64,000 nucleotides of DNA from Selenomonas ruminantium (GTDB lineage: Bacteria; Bacillota; Negativicutes; Selenomonadales; Selenomonadaceae). This document shows, one piece after another, positions 61,474-64,000 of the stretch (positions are counted from its first letter, which is position 1; every line of letters starts with the position of its first letter). The DNA is taken from assembly GCF_902781305.1 (NCBI RefSeq), contig NZ_CACZIV010000003.1. One strand, given 5' to 3'. The notes under the pieces are model-generated. The model had not been told where the DNA came from, did no database searches, and was given only the letters and a program-made list of their open reading frames with translations. A program made the position numbers and the translations under genes.

Positions 61474-61475
61474 GA

Positions 61476-61550
61476 TGGTGACGCCTACGGGATTCGAACC
61501 CGTGAACCCGGCGTGAGAGGCCGGTGTCTTAACCGCTTGACGAAGGCGCC
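61476..61550 (-). tRNA. tRNA-Glu (CTC), second copy
   Basis: Identical to the first copy except one compensated acceptor-stem pair. Confidence 0.96.
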
Positions 61551-61590
61551 AAAAGCAACTCTACTGTTGCTGACTCAAATTATTATAGCA

Positions 61591-63045
61591 CTACGCCGTA
61601 AGGTTGGCAAGGCTTTTTTGCAGACGGGCCAAAGAATTTTCCTTGCCCAAAATGGACAGGATTTCCGTAGCACCGCCCGGCGTAACGGACTTGCCTGCCA
61701 CGCCAATGCGCAGCACCCACATCACAAGGCCCTTCTTGAGTTCCTGGGCTGCAATGTATTCTTCAAGTTTAGCGTAAAGGCTGTCGTTGTGCCAATCGTC
61801 TTCGCTGACACCTTCCAAGAGTTCCACCAGTTTCGGCATGAGTTCAGCTGCCTTTTCCGGATTGACCTTGTTGCGCTTGTTGTTATAGAGGTCAGCGTCA
61901 AATTCCGGCAGCGTAATCAAGAAGTCGATTTCCTCTTTCACATCGCTGAAACGCTGTACGCGGGTCTTCAGGAGTGCAGCCACCATCTGCCAGTTCTTTT
62001 CGAGATAATCCGGCAAATCGCCGACAAATTCACGGGCACGCTTAGCAAATTCTTCATCGCTCATGGCCTTGAAGTATTCGCCATTAATCCAGCCCAGCTT
62101 GTCATAGTCAAACACAGCCGGGGACTTGGACAGACCATCCAGCTCGAAATGCGCAATCAGTTCTTCCATGGAGAAGATTTCCTGATTGGTGGTCTTGGGG
62201 TTCCAGCCTAAGAGTGCCACATAGTTCGTGATGGCTTCCGGCAGATAGCCCAACTTAACCAAATCGTCAAAGCTCGTTGCCCCATGACGCTTGGACAGCT
62301 TGGAAACCGAGCCATCCTCATTCTTGCCCATTACCGGAGCCAGGTGAATGAACGTCGGTACTTCCCAACCATAAGCTTCATAGAGCAGGATGTACTTCGG
62401 CGTGGACGTGATGAACTCTGCGCCGCGCATGATATGACTGATGCCCATGAGATGGTCGTCAATTACATTGGCGAAGTTATAAGTCGGCATCCCGTCGCGC
62501 TTTAAGAGCACCTGGTCTTCCAATTCGGAATTCGGAATGGTGATGTTGCCATGCAGCACATCAAAGAACGTGGTCGAACCATCGAGCGGCATTTTCTGGC
62601 GGATAACGTACGCATCACCATTTTTCAGATGTTCTTCAATTACTGCGGCATCCAAATCACGGCAGGTACGGTCATAACCGCCGAACTCACCGGCAGAATG
62701 GTCTTCATCCGGGTCGCAGAAGCAGTAATAAGCATGACCGGTCTTCACCAGTTCCTCTGCGTATTTCTTATAAATGTCCATACGCTCACTCTGCACATAG
62801 GGGCCGCAATCACCGCCAATATCGGGGCCTTCATCCGGCACGATATGCGCCATTTCGAGGGTGCGGTTGATAAAATCTACCGCATCGGCCACATACCGGG
62901 TACGGTCGGTATCTTCAATACGCAGGATAAAATCGCCCTTCTGCGCCTTGGCATAGAGATAACCATAGAGCGCCGTACGCAGATTGCCAATATGCATATA
63001 ACCCGTGGGGCTTGGTGCGAAACGGGTACGAACCTTCTGACTCAA
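61591..63045 (-). CDS. gltX: Glutamyl-tRNA synthetase
   Basis: RFAPSPTG, HIGN, RIEDTD, KLSKR. Confidence 0.96.
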   Translation of the reverse strand: MSQKVRTRFAPSPTGYMHIGNLRTALYGYLYAKAQKGDFILRIEDTDRTRYVADAVDFINRTLEMAHIVPDEGPDIGGDCGPYVQSERMDIYKKYAEELVKTGHAYYCFCDPDEDHSAGEFGGYDRTCRDLDAAVIEEHLKNGDAYVIRQKMPLDGSTTFFDVLHGNITIPNSELEDQVLLKRDGMPTYNFANVIDDHLMGISHIMRGAEFITSTPKYILLYEAYGWEVPTFIHLAPVMGKNEDGSVSKLSKRHGATSFDDLVKLGYLPEAITNYVALLGWNPKTTNQEIFSMEELIAHFELDGLSKSPAVFDYDKLGWINGEYFKAMSDEEFAKRAREFVGDLPDYLEKNWQMVAALLKTRVQRFSDVKEEIDFLITLPEFDADLYNNKRNKVNPEKAAELMPKLVELLEGVSEDDWHNDSLYAKLEEYIAAQELKKGLVMWVLRIGVAGKSVTPGGATEILSILGKENSLARLQKSLANLTA

Positions 63046-63079
63046 TGAAACTTCCTCCTAAAAACTAACTATCTAAAGC

Positions 63080-63703
63080 TTAGCGCTTTAAGAACTGATA
63101 CAGGGCGCGGTACATCAGCATCGTGCTGACAGCACCGGGGTCTTCCACACCGATGCTGCGTTCGCCCACTAGACTGGAACGGCCTTTTTTCGCCGGGATT
63201 TCCTTGGTGTAGTTCACACCATCACCAGCTGCTTTGGATGCTTCCTGCAATACATCATAGAGATTCTTGCCTTCCACATTCTCCGGCAGGAAACATTCGT
63301 AAATGGGAATCAGCGCATCCAAAATGGTCTTATCGCCCCGCTCTGCGCGGCCTCTGGTCTGAATCGCTTCAACAGCAGCCCCCAAAAGCTTTTCAAAGCT
63401 CTTGATATTCATGCGGGTTTCTTCATCACAGGCTTCACCGGCTTTGACAAAAGCTGCACCATAGAGCGGACCGGCAGCGCCGCCCACATTCTGAATCAGG
63501 GCCTTGCCGATTTTCTTAAGCACCGGGCCCGGCTGGCTCGTGTCTTCCATTTCATCGACGATTTCCTGCGCGGCCCTAAACCCGCGGGCCATATTAAAAC
63601 CATGATCGCCGTCACCGGCTTTAGCATCAATATTCGACAAATAATCCTTCTGAGCGATGATGGCCGCAGCTACGGCATCAAAAGCGTCTTTAATTCTCGA
63701 CAT
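63080..63703 (-). CDS. dhaL: Dihydroxyacetone kinase subunit DhaL
   Basis: GDGDHG, GGAAGPLYG, GDKTILDAL, DPGA. Confidence 0.9.
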   Translation of the reverse strand: MSRIKDAFDAVAAAIIAQKDYLSNIDAKAGDGDHGFNMARGFRAAQEIVDEMEDTSQPGPVLKKIGKALIQNVGGAAGPLYGAAFVKAGEACDEETRMNIKSFEKLLGAAVEAIQTRGRAERGDKTILDALIPIYECFLPENVEGKNLYDVLQEASKAAGDGVNYTKEIPAKKGRSSLVGERSIGVEDPGAVSTMLMYRALYQFLKR

Positions 63704-63832
63704 TTCAAAACTCCTTGCTTTGCAGTAAAGTAAAAAACGAAAAAACTCATTGATGGGGATATCCATTATAACACGCCTATTTCAAAGCGCAAGTGTGAAT
63801 TGACAGAAATATAGGAATGAAGGTAAAACACC

Positions 63833-64000
63833 TTATAAATCGCAGCTGCCCATATTGTAGCGCAATTCTTGATTCTTCACACTGACACGGGTTTCCGGTG
63901 GCACCGAATGCGTCAAAAATACATTGCCGCCAATCAGTGAGCCCTTGCCAATCACCGTGTCACCGCCTAAGATAGACGCCCCGGAATAAATGGTCACATT
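63833..64000 (-). CDS. cysE: Serine O-acetyltransferase, C-terminal fragment
   Basis: Manual translation NVTIYSGASILGGDTVIGKGSLIGGNVFLTHSVPP (hexapeptide repeats). Confidence 0.75.
   Translation of the reverse strand, partial: NVTIYSGASILGGDTVIGKGSLIGGNVFLTHSVPPETRVSVKNQELRYNMGSCDL

Overview
Core-chromosome window from a motile Negativicutes bacterium, Selenomonas-like (inferred from gene content). Almost all genes are on the minus strand. Left to right: the main flagellar operon (flgB-flgC-fliEFGHIJ-SLT-motE-fliK-flgD-flbD-fliLMY-cheY-fliO, with no flgE or motAB here); dprA-topA-trmFO-hslVU-codY; an nrdD with no C-terminal glycyl-radical motif; ohrR-like and phosphoethanolamine transferase genes; tgt-yajC-(3 extra genes)-secDF; a guanine-riboswitch-controlled NCS2 permease; a pseudo-receiver CheB, two APC-permease/histidine-kinase fusions and two MCPs; hpf and cspA; an ABC amino-acid transporter whose genes flank a STAS / RsbW-like-DAACS fusion / Cache-HAMP-PP2C module; a flagellin-modification cluster; an AEC transporter; two tRNA-Glu(CTC); gltX, dhaL and the end of cysE. 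The main unexplained signal is an intergenic family of long hairpin repeats with covarying 25-26 bp stems, strand-biased G:T pairs and an exact 115-nt period. It forms two arrays with the same architecture (22.9-23.4 kb, 28.8-29.4 kb) plus a related ~470-bp TIR-bounded element at 60.9-61.35 kb. Other candidates for new biology are the transporter-fused partner-switching module, the transceptor/pseudokinase pair, the truncated or split NrdD, and recurring sigmaH-like promoters upstream of motility and signalling genes. All calls were made by eye; no database searches were run.
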